A stretch of 63,959 bases of DNA, counting the filler, from Welwitschia mirabilis (lineage: Eukaryota): the NCBI GenBank assembly GCA_051453625.1. It is 5 parts of one record of this genome, joined end to end, with 100 filler letters (N's around TTAATTAATTAA, not from the genome) between each part and the next. Parts side by side here need not be neighbours in the genome. Positions count along the whole stretch, not along the records: positions 31,403 to 49,937 come from JBOZIK010000001.1; positions 50,038 to 62,789 come from JBOZIK010000001.1; 3 more parts are not named here. One strand, 5' to 3'. The notes under the pieces are model-generated. The model did not search any database and was not told the DNA's origin. It saw only the letters and a program-made list of their open reading frames with translations. The position numbers and the translations under genes are program-made. How positions within the stretch are numbered: the first letter of the stretch is position 1; each line of letters starts with the position of its first letter. Shown here piece after piece: positions 38,547 to 53,000 of the stretch.

Positions 38547-41500
38547 ACCTCATTATAATGATAATTTATTTTCATTTATACAAAATATTTATCACCTTAA
38601 CTATTGTCTAGAAAAAAATGGGAATAATACCTCGTAATAAGAGATGAATCATTAGCTTTCAACACTGTAGTTAGCCTCACAGATTTAGTCCAAGTTAACA
38701 TCTATCTCATCCTGATTATTATCTGAATGACATAGGGCATGATAGGAATTTTAAGGCTTTTATTTAAGAGAAATTAGCATCTATAAATTAACACTTTTCC
38801 ATAGAATCATTCATATAGAGTAAACCCTCTAGTATGTTGCCAAGTTATTTTATAAGCCCACAAAGCTTCATTCAATTTATTAGCTCAATTAGTTTTCTTA
38901 TTATTTATAACCTTTATTAATATCCTCTGGAGTTCTCTATTAGTTACTTTAGCTTGGCCATTAGATTGAGGATGATACGTAGTAGAGATTTTGTGGTGGA
39001 TTTCATATTTAATCAAAAGTTTTTGAAAGACTTCACTAGTAAAGTGAGTTCCCCTGTTAAATATAAGACTTCATGGGCTCCAAACTAGTAGATAATATTT
39101 CTAAATGAAAAAGTTAACAATAGTTTGGAAAGAATAATTTGTCATAGTCTTAGCCTTAGTTCATTTAGTGGATTAAAATTTATTTCTATCCAAAGGATGA
39201 GGGGTTGATAGATCCCATAAATCTATTCCTCAAATATCAAAAGGTTTATTTATTTGATTCATTTTTATGGTATTTTTTAACTTTTGGCTAAATGTGCCTT
39301 TTCTTTGGTATTTATTACAACCTTGGACATAAGTATTTGCATTCTTGAATATAATGGGCTAGTAATATCCCTTATGAATAATTTTCATTCTTGTTCATTT
39401 TGCACCATAATGTTCTCCTCATTCTTCTTCATGAGCTTCCTTTAAACTTTTTGTTTATAAGTTTTCCTCTATACATCTTATAATGACATGATCTTTTCAT
39501 TCTCTAAATAACATGTTATAATGTCAAATATAATCTCTAGACTTTCTTAGCAATCCTTTTCTTTCATAATAAGTTATAAAGTAAGGTAATCGTTTACTTA
39601 CAAGAAAATTGACAATATTAGCATACCACAGATTTTTGTTTACCTAAAAAATATGTTCATCAGGAAACTCATCTCTTATGTTAATCTACTCTTTAATTAG
39701 AAACTCTAACTTGATAAGTAATCTTCTATTATATTCTTTGTCTATTTCCTATCAATGATTTTTAAATAAAACTCATGCATTAATAATATCATCTCATAAT
39801 TCTCAAGGTTTCTTCTTTCTTATTCATTAGAAATCTAATGGCACTATGATCAATATGAACTTTCACTTTGTAATCTAAAATATAATATTTGAATTTTTCT
39901 AATGCCATTACTACTTCAAAAAGTTAATTCTCTATTATTCTATAATTTTCTTGAGCTAGTTTGATGTTCTTACTTATGTAAGCAATGGCATAAGATTTAT
40001 TTTCTTCATCTTTCTATCCTAAAATTGCTCTTAGAGCATGTTTAGATGCATTATTCATAATGTGGAATGGTCTTTTTCAATTTGACCCTTATAAAATGGT
40101 TTCTAATAAAAGTCTATCTTTTAAGGTTTGGTAGGAATTTTGACAACCCTCAGTCTAGTCATATTCCCATTCCTTTTGTAGAAAATTACTCAAAGGTTTA
40201 GTAATTTTATTGAAACTAGATATGAATCTTCTATAATATCCAAAATATCCTAGGGAAGATCTTAACTATTTTAGTTTGGTTGAATATAGAATATCATTTA
40301 TAGCTTAAATTTTTTATTCATTAGTTTTAGTCCCATTTTTAGATATTTTGTATCTTAATACTATGCCTTCTATTACCATAAGATGACTTTTCAACTAGCT
40401 AAGTTTAAGGTGTTTTTCGTTGCATCTTTCTAAAACATTCTTAAATCTCTTAAGTAACTCTTTAAACTTATTTCCAAAGGTTGAGAAATTATCCATAAAT
40501 ATTTTGACTGATCTTATAATTATTTCTTAAAAGGTACTATTTATTGACCTTTGAAAATTAGCAGGAGCATTACATAGTCCAAATGGTAGTACTTTATAGG
40601 TATAAATACCCTAAGAACAAGTGAAAATTATTTTGACTTGGTCCTCTAAAGATACAAGAATCTAATCGTAGTTGCTATATCCATTTAGGAAGCTATAATA
40701 TTAATGTCCAGACACTCTTTTTAAAACTTAATCAATAAATGAAAGAGAAAAATGATCTTTATAAGTTATTGTATTTAGCATTCTAAAGTCTATACATACC
40801 CTCCATTTATTTTCTTTCTTTGATATAACTATTATAAGAATAACCCATTCTGAATCCAATATTGGGTAAATAAATTCTACTTTTAAGAGTTTGAAAATAT
40901 TCTATTTAATTACCTATTATATACATGGATTACATCTTCTATCTAGTTACTAACTTGGTTTAATAGAAATGTCTAAATAGATTTTATGTTAGTAGATTTT
41001 CAAATCTATAATTTTAATATCTGTATAGTTCCAAGCAAAGGCTTCTTTTCTTTTAATCAATATGCTTTTAAGTTTTATATTATAAGAATGAGTTTAACAA
41101 CTATTTAGGATCAAAGTTTATTAAGATCTACCTTAATATATTCTAGCCCTTTCTTAAGAGGAGGCTTTCTTTCTTCTTGAGTTGCTAAATCTTGTTCCTT
41201 ATATTTCTTATCATTTTATTTATTTAACATTAGATTAACTTCCTGTGCTAGGATTACTTTAGTTATTTCTTCTTTATTTTATACCATTTCTTCAGCAATT
41301 ACTACATTAAAAAGTTTGATCTCTTTTTTAGTATCTCTAATATTAATTTCCATTAAATTTCTTCTAGAATAAATAGTAGCATCTGAAGTAGCCATATATG
41401 GTCTCCCAAGAATCACTACATGGGTTTCTCCTTGATTTTTTATTACTAGTGAATTTATCAAATAGATAAAACCTTGGAGTTTTATAAGTATATCCTTTAG

Positions 41501-43500
41501 AACTCCTTCTGGCATAACTACTAAGCCATCTACTAAGTAAATTTTTCCTTCATAAGGTATTAATTTTAACTTTTCTAATTCTTTATAAGTTTCATAGGCT
41601 GTAATATTAATACTTGCTTTAAGATCTACAGCTACTGTTACTTTGAGTTTTCAATCTACCTTTAGATCTATTATAGGTATTCTATGATTACTATACTTTT
41701 TATGTCGTCTATTTTGAAAAACTTGCATGGAAGTCAAAGAAATGTGATCCTTCCTTACCATCTCAATTTGTTTTTGTTTCTTACTCTCTTTTTTATTTTT
41801 TTTGTTTTGAGCACATGCTCTTAATTTGTTTTCAATACATATATATGTCTTTTAATAATTTTAAAAGAGGTATTGATATTTTTATATCTTCTAATATCTT
41901 TTCCAACTTTTGAATATTCTATTTGTTTACTTCTCATTGGAAAAGATAAAAAATCTACTAAGGTATTATTCATTTTTTTTCTTTTGGCCATTTTCTCTTT
42001 TTTATCAGGGAATTTGCTTATATTTACATTCTTATTATGTGATTCATATGTTACTTTTTGTTTCCCAAATCTGGGAATTATAGCCTTACTTGTTGCTTCT
42101 CTAGGATTTAGTTGAGGTTGAGTAGTGATTTTTCCTTTTTTTCTTTCTATTTCTGATTTTTCTCTTTGGTCTTTTAAATCTCTGTTTTTTCAATGTCTAT
42201 AATAATCATATTACTCTTGCTTCTTTGAGTGTACATACATTTGTAAAGTTCTTTTCATTTTTCCTTCTCATTTCCTACTATGGTAAGGATATTATTTCTA
42301 TTTAGTTTGAGGTTGATTACTAGAATTTAAATCCAATCTATTTATATCTAATCACTGCATAAATTCTTAAATCCAAGGGCATTCTATTTCATCATGATTA
42401 TCTTCCTTATAGTGTTCACATGTATGTTCTTTTTCCTCTTTAAATTGTTATATAGCTAACCGATAAAAATTTTTTACTATGCTATCAGTCATGTTTTTAG
42501 CTAATTCTTATATAAGACTGATGTTTTTTGAGCTGTATGTATGACTATCTAGTTCTAGGGTACATACTTCATGTAGCTACTTCTTATTTTTATTCTCTTG
42601 ACTCCATCCTTAACTTATGTTATAAAACTAAGTAATAGCTTCTTCCACTTCTTAACATTCTTGGTTTTGATGCTTCCTCTATATAACAAGTTTAATTCCT
42701 TTAATGTTTGACTCTGAATCCTTTAAGTGAGGCCATGACTTATTTTCTAGACATGATTCCATGATTAAAATACATGATGTTATACCTATTAATGAATTTA
42801 TTAAGTATTTCATTATCCCTTTGTTTAATGTCTAGGATTTATTCTCTTAAATCTTCAACCATTTTCATAAGTTAAAATTTAACTAGAAAAGCATTTTTAA
42901 GGGTTCCACATAAATTGAAGCAAGACTAGGATTGCTATAATACCATTGTTGAGAATCTTCTTTTAGGAAAAAATAAAAATATCTTAAATAGTCATATTCT
43001 AAGTTAAGATAATTGGCTTTATAAAAAGCATTAAATAATCTTAGGTGTAATAGGATTATTTTGTTTTGACTTTTTACCTTTAAAATTGGGTATCATAGTA
43101 GTATTTATGTGTTTTACTTTATCTAGTCACTATAATACTGTAGGACTGATAAGACTTAAATCATCTAACCATTGGGTATCATGACTTAATGGTCTTGAAT
43201 CTTCATCATTTTCCCAATAACATCCTATTACAACTCTCTTTTCAAGTTTTTATATGTAAACTATTTGAGATTATTTTCTTGATGAGTGGGATGGTGTATG
43301 AATACTATATAATCATTACTTAAATTTAATCCTTAATTTAGAAAAGATTTGGTCTTTTACCATTCTTTCTAAGATTACTTCATTCTCTATAAAATTCTCT
43401 TCTTCTACTTCTAATTTAATAGTACTTTTAGTCTACCCATTTAGATCATATTTATATGAATCTTTAATGTACCTACCTTTTTATTCTCACCAATTTCCTT
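38547..43500 (-). pseudogene. pol: Ty3/gypsy gag-pol remnant, distinct subfamily (INT ~38550-39640, RH ~39720-40080, RT ~40270-41040, PR ~41280-41700, gag to ~43500)
   Basis: PR-region ORF PEGVLKDILIK...VVILGRPYMATSDA; WRVCIDFR.LN, DHFSLSFID, LPFGLCNAPANFQR, IFMDNFS (RT); STTYHPQSNGQAK (INT). Confidence 0.88.
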
Positions 43501-45739
43501 GACTATCTTGTTACATGGCACATTTCATCATCTTTGTTAATTAACTTTAGAGTAATCCTCCTTCTAGCACCAAAATGATGGATGGATTATATGATAAAAT
43601 AAGTGCAAAAAATGTCTCAAAATAATATTATAAACTATGGAATAATGCTGGAANNNNNNNNNNNNNNNNNNNNNNNNNNNNNNNNNNNNNNNNNNNNNNN
43701 NNNNNNNNNNNNNNNNNNNNNNNNNNNNNNNNNNNNNNNNNNNNNNNNNNNNNNNNNNNNNNNNNNNNNNNNNNNNNNNNNNNNNNNNNNNNNNNNNNNN
43801 NNNNNNNNNNNNNNNNNNNNNNNNNNNNNNNNNNNNNNNNNNNNNNNNNNNNNNNNNNNNNNNNNNNNNNNNNNNNNNNNNNNNNNNNNNNNNNNNNNNN
43901 NNNNNNNNNNNNNNNNNNNNNNNNNNNNNNNNNNNNNNNNNNNNNNNNNNNNNNNNNNNNNNNNNNNNNNNNNNNNNNNNNNNNNNNNNNNNNNNNNNNN
44001 NNNNNNNNNNNNNNNNNNNNNNNNNNNNNNNNNNNNNNNNNNNNNNNNNNNNNNNNNNNNNNNNNNNNNNNNNNNNNNNNNNNNNNNNNNNNNNNNNNNN
44101 NNNNNNNNNNNNNNNNNNNNNNNNNNNNNNNNNNNNNNNNNNNNNNNNNNNNNNNNNNNNNNNNNNNNNNNNNNNNNNNNNNNNNNNNNNNNNNNNNNNN
44201 NNNNNNNNNNNNNNNNNNNNNNNNNNNNNNNNNNNNNNNNNNNNNNNNNNNNNNNNNNNNNNNNNNNNNNNNNNNNNNNNNNNNNNNNNNNNNNNNNNNN
44301 NNNNNNNNNNNNNNNNNNNNNNNNNNNNNNNNNNNNNNNNNNNNNNNNNNNNNNNTAAAATAAGCACACATCATTAAATAAAAATACATCAAAGGCTTAC
44401 TAAAGAACTAGTTGAGACTTAATCATTTAGTTCAAAATTCATCATCGCAATAGTCTTGCAATAAAGCTACTTGAACTATTTAGGTTATTTATTAAAGCTT
44501 AATTAGTATATACATATATTATGCCAAGGAAAAATAATAAAATAAATAAGACATGATAGACGTTAAGCAGACTGCTAAGCAATACTTATTTTTAAGTGCT
44601 GGAATTTTCTTAGTTTATGTTCAGCTACATGAATAGGAGTAAGATAGAAGTAATATTAATTTTTAAAGTATGCACATAATATACTTGAATTTATTTTAGA
44701 TTTATAATAATAAACCTATTATTACATGAAGATAAACTAACAACTATGTTCTTCTTTGTAGGTAATACTATAGAGTATGGAAAAATGCTACTAACACCTT
44801 TATAGACTAGCTAGAGTTCCCTGACTTGACTTTCTTATCTAGTTTATTTCTAGAAATGTTTTGCCAAAAAGATCCCCACCTTTAGTGATGATCACATTCT
44901 AATATCCTTATTATTTGTTTTGTTTCCATTCTTTGATCTTAAGGAATAAGTATATGGTTAGGGTGATTATGCTGATTTACTACCTCAACCTTCTCTCTTA
45001 TCTCCATGTAACTTGGCATCCTGTATCTAAAATGCAATAATGAAATATATGCATACTAACCTATTAATATATTAACTAAATAACTTATTCATTAGTAAGC
45101 ATAAATATAGATAAAAACATCTATTTGCTAATAAAATACATAACTGAGATAACGAAAAACACTTCATTATTAGTAAAATTTACATAAAATCCATCCTTAT
45201 TATTTACCTACCCTAAATTCAAATCTATAAAATCCTCTTAGAAGTAATCATAAAATTACCTAATTAATTATGTATGACATATTGAAAAACTTCTTAAAGT
45301 ACTAATCAAATAGGTAGTAATTATGCTAGTGCTAAGTAGCTAATGTTTACAAATAATAAATGCTAAGATCAAAAGTTGTCAAAAATAAACTAACCTACTA
45401 ACACTTTAAAACACATCTAAATCATTAAAAGTAAAATAACCATGTGAGAATATTATAAGCACAATAAGTCTAGGAAATAAGTAGTTCCTCTAATAATACT
45501 AAAGACACTACTAATCCCATAACCTTAAAGTATTTTATTTTAATCCATGATGAGAAGAGTCTGAGCATAATTAGTATTACACTACCAATTTGTGGTTATT
45601 TGATGGGGTTTATAAGCTGTTTTANNNNNNNNNNNNNNNNNNNNNNNNNNNNNNNNNNNNNNNNNNNNNNNNNNNNNNNNNNNNNNNNNNNNNNNNNNNN
45701 NNNNNNNNNNNNNNNNNNNNNNNNTCTGAGCATAATTAG

Positions 45740-46779
45740 TATTACACTACCAATTTGTGGTTATTTGATGGGGTTTTATAAGCTGTTTTACATGACTTTT
45801 ATATTGGTTTAATTACAATTTAGATGATTATTATCCAGATTTGATGTATTAGAGGCACTTTCTGATGTACAGATTGTTGAAGAAGGATTATTGACTAAAA
45901 TTCTAGGTTTCTCCTCAAGAAAATGATTAAAGAAGATGATTGTTCTTTCCATCATCTCACGATAGGTAGGATAATGATTACTGATGTGAACTACTGAATC
46001 GATGCTAAGTCATCATTCTGATTCATATTTCATAATGGGACATTATTTCCTATGTCATTCAAATGATAGTCAAAATGACATTGACATGTAACTGACTCTG
46101 ATAGCAACCCTTGACTATTTCATCTGTTTTTGAATTATAAAGGAGTGCATGTAACTGTGCCTTATGCTCGATATTTTTTGCTGTATTTTCCTAATAAGTC
46201 TTCCTTTGACTCTTCTTCTCATCTTTTTGTACCAAAAATTCTCATAACAGGAGATAGAAGGGAAGGGGATCCATCTTGAGTGTTGCAGAAAGACATGCAC
46301 GTAGTGGAAGGCTATGTATCCTCCATTGAGGCCTGACTATTTTGTAACCAAAATTCTTGTTACTCTTTCTTAATATAAACCTTGTTTTTTTTTCATATTT
46401 GCATTGTAGATTTTCTAATAACCTTATAGTCTATATTAGCCTTCATTTAGTGATAATTTCTTATGTGATATAGATTATCAAGGGCAATCTTTGTTAAGGC
46501 TAAAAGTAAGTAGTATTAGTTCATTTGGCATTCATCCAGATTATTTTCTCTTTGAATTTACATTGCATTCCTTTATTTTCCTACATTGTCATTTATTTCT
46601 AATTTATATTGCATTTTGTAAAGTAACCCAAGTCTTATCTTATAGTCTTAAATGTGAATATGACATTTTGGATCTACTTTCACTCATACTAGTGTGTTGT
46701 ATTGTATAATATATTTATTTATTTTATGAATGATAGAACCCTTTTGAGATTAAGCACTTACACAAATATAACTGCAATA
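45740..46779 (+). repeat. Solo LTR (Athila-like); start also present at 45575 before the gap
   Basis: TATTACACTACC...ACTGCAATA with no PBS or PPT. Flanks ATTAG / GTCAG differ only by transitions, and the host sequence continues across the site. Confidence 0.85.
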
Positions 46780-48293
46780 GTCAGATAAGTAGGAACTTGT
46801 GAATCATAACTAACTAACCTTCTAGTAAACTTTTCATAGCTAGCAATACTACCAAAAATTCCTCTTGAGAAAATTTACCCTAGTGTGGTAGGACATTATA
46901 GTTACCACATATTTATCATAGAAAGAATAGATCATGATCATGATTCTCTCTCTCCCCCTTATTTTTCTCTTTTTCCCCTTTTTTTTCACATACTTATTTA
47001 AAATAAATCCCACATGACTATACATTTACAAAGATCAAGGTAAAAAAATAAGATAAAAGGCTAGAAATGACACCTCCAACAACCAAGGATTTACAACATT
47101 GAGAGAAAATACAAAAAAATAAAGCATCTCCCTTTAGATAAAGTTCATAGACATTTAAATGTCTTAAGATTGGATGAATTCAATCTTATTACTTTAATTT
47201 CTAAGTAAAAATTACTAGTCATAGTAACTTTATTAAGTAAAATATAAGTTGAGTTTAAAATATGTGTAAGTGATGGCATGATGTCCACCAAAATAATAAG
47301 CTAAAAAGAACTTATATAATGGTAGAATGATCTTTAAATAATTATCTTTATTATGTTTAAGGTTTTATGATTCATGAATTTTGGATTCTTATCTATTTTT
47401 TGAATTTTCCTAGTGTTTAAATTAAAAATTTTAATTGAGCTATTAAAAATGTACTTTCTCTAAAAGATAAGGATCTAACCATTTAGAGATTAATTTATTA
47501 CTTAAAAGAAATATCAAAGACACAGTTATAAAAACATAAGAGCAAAAAGAAAGTACCAAAGCAAATAAAAAATACATTTTATTTAAATCCTAAAATCTAT
47601 TTAATACTTTTATTAAAAAAATAAAAGAAAGATTTATTCCTAAGGAGATGGCCTTAGGATATTACATTCTCTTAGAAAAATAAGGATCAAATCAAATAAT
47701 AACTAGTTTATAAAAATATAAAAGGTATATAATTATTTTTTAGTAAAATAAGTTGGAGGTAAAAATAATAAAAGAATAAAACTTTAATATTATAAATTTA
47801 GATTTTAAAAAAGAGATAAAGAAGTGATAAATCTCAGTTAAGAATAATCTCTTACTGAAATGATGTAAATAATGAATATTATCATATAATACATGTAAGG
47901 AAGTACTCAAAGAAAGTATCCAAGAAGATTTTAAGTGTTTCTCAGAATGTCTAGTAATATTAAAAGCTTTCTATCATTCAATTCAAGATATGAATTTTTA
48001 TTAAAGAAATAAAGCTTTTCTAATTATTATGACCAAATGAAAATTTATCTCTATAAGATTTAAGATTAATATAGGAAATAAAAAATTCATATAACTCATG
48101 GAAAAGCAATCTCCTATCAAACTCATAATGTAAAAAATTTGAAACATATATTTTATTTGAAGCTTGATATTAAACATGCAAAATGTCAGTGATATTATTT
48201 ATGATCCAAGGCTTTGAAACAAATGTCTTAGGATGAATGATTAAGATGGATTTAACATACCTTAAAAGCTTGATAAATGTTTAGATGAGTCAA

Positions 48294-48316
48294 AGAGAGA
48301 GAGAGGGGGGAGGGAG

Positions 48317-48385
<69 letters not shown>
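48294..48385. repeat. (GA)n microsatellite running into a gap
   Basis: Seen directly; GA repeats resume at 48779. Confidence 0.95.
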
Positions 48386-48920
48386 NNNNNNNNNNNNNNN
48401 NNNNNNNNNNNNNNNNNNNNNNNNNNNNNNNNNNNNNNNNNNNNNNNNNNNNNNNNNNNNNNNNNNNNNNNNNNNNNNNNNNNNNNNNNNNNNNNNNNNN
48501 NNNNNNNNNNNNNNNNNNNNNNNNNNNNNNNNNNNNNNNNNNNNNNNNNNNNNNNNNNNNNNNNNNNNNNNNNNNNNNNNNNNNNNNNNNNNNNNNNNNN
48601 NNNNNNNNNNNNNNNNNNNNNNNNNNNNNNNNNNNNNNNNNNNNNNNNNNNNNNNNNNNNNNNNNNNNNNNNNNNNNNNNNNNNNNNNNNNNNNNNNNNN
48701 NNNNNNNNNNNNNNNNNNNNNNNNNNNNNNNNNNNNNNNNNNNNNNNNNNNNNNNNNNNNNNNNNNNNNNNNNNNNNNGAGAGACGGAGGGGGGAGGCAT
48801 GAGAGAGTTGATCATTATCAAGATCACAAGATAATGTTAAAGTAGAAGTATCATAAGGAATGAAATTTGATATTTTACATGTAAATACAAGTGAAAGAGA
48901 TAGAGAATCATGTGAAGCCT

Positions 48921-49937
48921 TATTATATTGCCAACTTATGTATTTTGATAGGGTATTTTAAGTAGTTTTGTGAGATATTAGATAGATTTATGTTGGATTT
49001 CAAAGATAATGAAGAATTAAGATAAAAGAAACAAAAACACATAACGTCCATGACATTTTGTAGTATTTAGAGTAGTTTTTAATACTTTACATTTCTAAGA
49101 TAAATTTCATAAAAACATTGAGACTGAATGCATTGGATGAACACTTATAGAAGCCCATCTTTCACCTCATTATTTGAATGATAATATAGATAACAAAATA
49201 GTTGGTACCAATAAGGATGCTAACTGAGATCAATTTGATAGATAACGTGGATCATTTATGAGATGGCATTGTCTCTTATATTGTCTAGATAACTAGCCAA
49301 ATGACATCTATTGTAACATCTCACTAGACATTCACCTAACTTATGATACTTATTTGTATATTTCTTTTGTTATGATCATTAGGATTATACTCATGCCTAT
49401 TTATCTGTCTTATTGTGTACTGTGTATCAATAAGTATTATTTCTACCCTTAACTCTTACTATTTTTATTTTTATAAGAAATTCTCATGATAGGAGATCAA
49501 AAAACTAGAGATCCATTATTGTTATTGGAGAGAAATGTCTTTCTTAGTGTTGTGTAGAGCTTCCTCCATTGAGGTGCAGCTACTTTATAACATCAATGTG
49601 GTTTAAGTAATATAAAAGATTTATTTTTTGATTCTTATACTTATTTGTTCTTATCCCTCATAGCTTATATTACTTCTAATTTAGTGATAGTTTTTTGAAT
49701 GATATAGGTTATGAGGCAACCTTTCACAAGGTTATGCATTCTTAGTTTAGGTTCATTATGGTTTCCTTTTCTAAGATTAACTTTAAATAAGTGTATTGCA
49801 TTATACTTTTTCTACATTGTAATTTATTTCTTTAGTTACAATATAAAATGTTTCCTTGTGGAAATCAAGTCTCTAATTCTAGTCTGGGCCTTCGACATAT
49901 TATAACATTTGGATTAACTCCCATCTATATTAGTGTT
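48921..49937 (+). repeat. Athila-like LTR, 3' end lost in gap
   Basis: TATTATATTGCCAACTT..., colinear with 13858-14961, no PPT upstream. Confidence 0.8.
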
Positions 49938-50037
49938 NNNNNNNNNNNNNNNNNNNNNNNNNNNNNNNNNNNNNNNNNNNNTTAATTAATTAANNNNNNN
50001 NNNNNNNNNNNNNNNNNNNNNNNNNNNNNNNNNNNNN

Positions 50038-53000
50038 TGAAGATCACAGATAGTTAAACTAGAAGCAAACTAGATAACTCATTGTAAATCCCTGTCGTCT
50101 CCTCCATCATCCGGACGACCACCTGGATGACACTGTTAACCCATACTTTTACACATTGTATTCCCGAGTTATAGCTTGTTATTTGTGACTTTCCCTTTCA
50201 TGATAGCTAGAGTTTCTCTTATGTTTTTCTGTTAGTCCCTTTTCCCCTTTCTATCTATAAATAAAGGTCTACCCCTTGATCCCTAATCATCTTTGATAGT
50301 ACCTAACATTATCGTGATAGGAGATCTTGGGACTGGAGAACCATCTTGTAATCTAGAGAGATGTTACCTTGGTGTTGGATGGCATATCCTCTATTGAGGA
50401 ATGACTATNNNNNNNNNNNNNNNNNNNNNNNNNNNNNNNNNNNNNNNNNNNNNNNNNNNNNNNNNNNNNNNNNNNNNNNNNNNNNNNNNNNNNNNNNNNN
50501 NNNNNNNNNNNNNNNNNNNNNNNNNNNNNNNNNNNNNNNNNNNNNNNNNNNNNNNNNNNNNNNNNNNNNNNNNNNNNNNNNNNNNNNNNNNNNNNNNNNN
50601 NNNNNNNNNNNNNNNNNNNNNNNNNNNNNNNNNNNNNNNNNNNNNNNNNNNNNNNNNNNNNNNNNNNNNNNNNNNNNNNNNNNNNNNNNNNNNNNNNNNN
50701 NNNNNNNNNNNNNNNNNNNNNNNNNNNNNNNNNNNNNNNNNNNNNNNNNNNNNNNNNNNNNNNNNNNNNNNNNNNNNNNNNNNNNNNNNNNNNNNNNNNN
50801 NNNNNNNNNNNNNNNNNNNNNNNNNNNNNNNNNNNNNNNNNNNNNNNNNNNNNNNNNNNNNNNNNNNNNNNNNNNNNNNNNNNNNNNNNNNNNNNNNNNN
50901 NNNNNNNNNNNNNNNNNNNNNNNNNNNNNNNNNNNNNNNNNNNNNNNNNNNNNNNNNNNNNNNNNNNNNNNNNNNNNNNNNNNNNNNNNNNNNNNNNNNN
51001 NNNNNNNNNNNNNNNNNNNNNNNNNNNNNNNNNNNNNNNNNNNNNNNNNNNNNNNNNNNNNNNNNNNNNNNNNNNNNNNNNNNNNNNNNNNNNNNNNNNN
51101 NNNNNNNNNNNNNNNNNNNNNNNNNNNNNNNNNNNNNNNNNNNNNNNNNNNNNNNNNNNNNNNNNNNNNNNNNNNNNNNNNNNNNNNNNNNNNNNNNNNN
51201 NNNNNNNNNNNNNNAACAGGATCTTCTTAAGCATAATAGTTTACAAAAATACACACCACAACATCTTAGCACTATTATTAGGGAAGGTTACTTGGAGTTT
51301 GAGAGTTATCATCACTCAGGTGAGTGTTTCAATTTTAGTTTGAATGTTTACCTACAGTAGTACTATATTTTTAGTTACAGTAGTATATGTTTTCTTTTTA
51401 CAGTTTCTATTTTTGCATTCTAAAATAAATACTTTATCAACCACTTCATCATCTAGATGATGTGCAGTAATGACAACATTTGTGCCTTTTGTTTTTTTAG
51501 TTTGTTGCTATCTTAAAATTTTTAAAATTTTCGTATTATTTCCTGTATCATTTAGATAACTCAGATGGATGAAAGTCTATTTTCTGTATTTCTTGTGTTT
51601 GTTATTTTGCATTTCTGTTTTCTTTGTTTTTCATTTTTTGTGTTTTCTATGTTTCTATCATCCATACTATTGTTCAAATAACTATTAGGAATAACACATC
51701 AAGCATCAAAAATAAGTATGTCAGTACATGGTAAAATTTGATAAGAAAGAAAAATATCAAAAAGAGTGGCTATTCATAGAGGAAAATATCTTAGAAGATT
51801 TCATCAACTTTGAATTTAAATCAGGTATGCATAGTAAAGATACGCAAGTTTTAAAAATTCTAGAAATTTCTACATTTATTTCTTCAGAATCCAATTTTGC
51901 AAAATAAAATTTTTTAGAAGATTATTTTAATGATAGTTTTTAATTTTTTTAATATGTCTAGCTCATCATAAAATTAAAATTAAGTTACTTCACCTAATCC
52001 ACCCATTGTTATTAGAACCCCTATGACTATGCCTATAAACCTTAATGTTAATCTTATCCTTGGAGAAATGCTTATCCCATTTTTAGGGGTTAATATGATG
52101 AAGATCCTTTAAAACAAATTATTGACATCAAATAGTTAGTGCTCACTTTAGGAAACAGTAAGAAAAGAATAAGTGATAGAACTTGCATTGTCATTTTTCC
52201 CATCACTTTAAAAGGTAAAGCTAAACTTTGGTTAAAAATGATTCCTCATAAAAGTTTAAAATCATAGAGTTAAGTTCAAGAAGTCTTTATTAAAAGATTT
52301 ATGAGTGAAACCACCCTTCAAAAATATAAGGAAGAATTAACCAGTTTTCAATAAATGCCTAATAAAGATTATGCCTCTACTTATGAAATATGTTTCATTA
52401 ATTTACTTTTAAAGACTATAGATGCTTTTTCTTGGGACGAACTAATAGACTACTTTTATAGTGAATTAAATATTCAAACAAAGCAATTAGTTAATTTTTC
52501 ATGTAGAGGTAATTTGTTAAACTTAACTTTAAAAAATGCTTAAAAAGTCTTAGAAGATTTGGTAGAAGTAAGTTAAACTTAGCCTAAATCCTTATTTAGA
52601 AAAAAATAAACTTTAGGTAAAATCATTAAAGATCTTAAGGAGATTAAATAAGAAAAAGAAGAAATAAGAACTAAAAATAAACCAACAAATGTCATTAAGG
52701 ATTCCACTTCAACTTTGAAAAAGTAAACTTAGATAATTTTCATTGCAAAACTGACAACCAAAAAGAGTTTAGTTGTAGCTTCTACTTATGATTTTTGTGA
52801 GGATAACTATCATGTTATAAAATAATGTCCTTTATTTCCAACTTATAAAGAAAGAATCTATGAGAAAGTATGTGCTTTCAACAAAAGATCCTCAAACTTT
52901 AGCCAAAACCAAAACTAGAGACAAATCCAAAATCACAACAATTTTCAACCTAAGACGAGTGAACAACTCAACTTTAAAATTTTTTTAAAAAAACATCTAA

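Larger units (their letters stand above)
44356..48900 (-). mobile_element. Internal/3' region of a pol-deleted Athila-like element, interrupted by a solo LTR and (GA)n
   Basis: Reverse complement of ~45180-45570 plus 46780-47200 matches 23500-24270 and 10040-10800. Integrase C-terminus at ~47350-47500. 47740-48030 is homologous to 15194-15480. Confidence 0.65.

Noticed and set aside
45560..45790. Duplicated LTR start plus flank
   Set aside because: Essentially identical sequence on both sides of a 100-N gap; an assembly overlap.
48285..48385. RE/LS-repeat proteins
   Set aside because: Translations of a (GA)n microsatellite.
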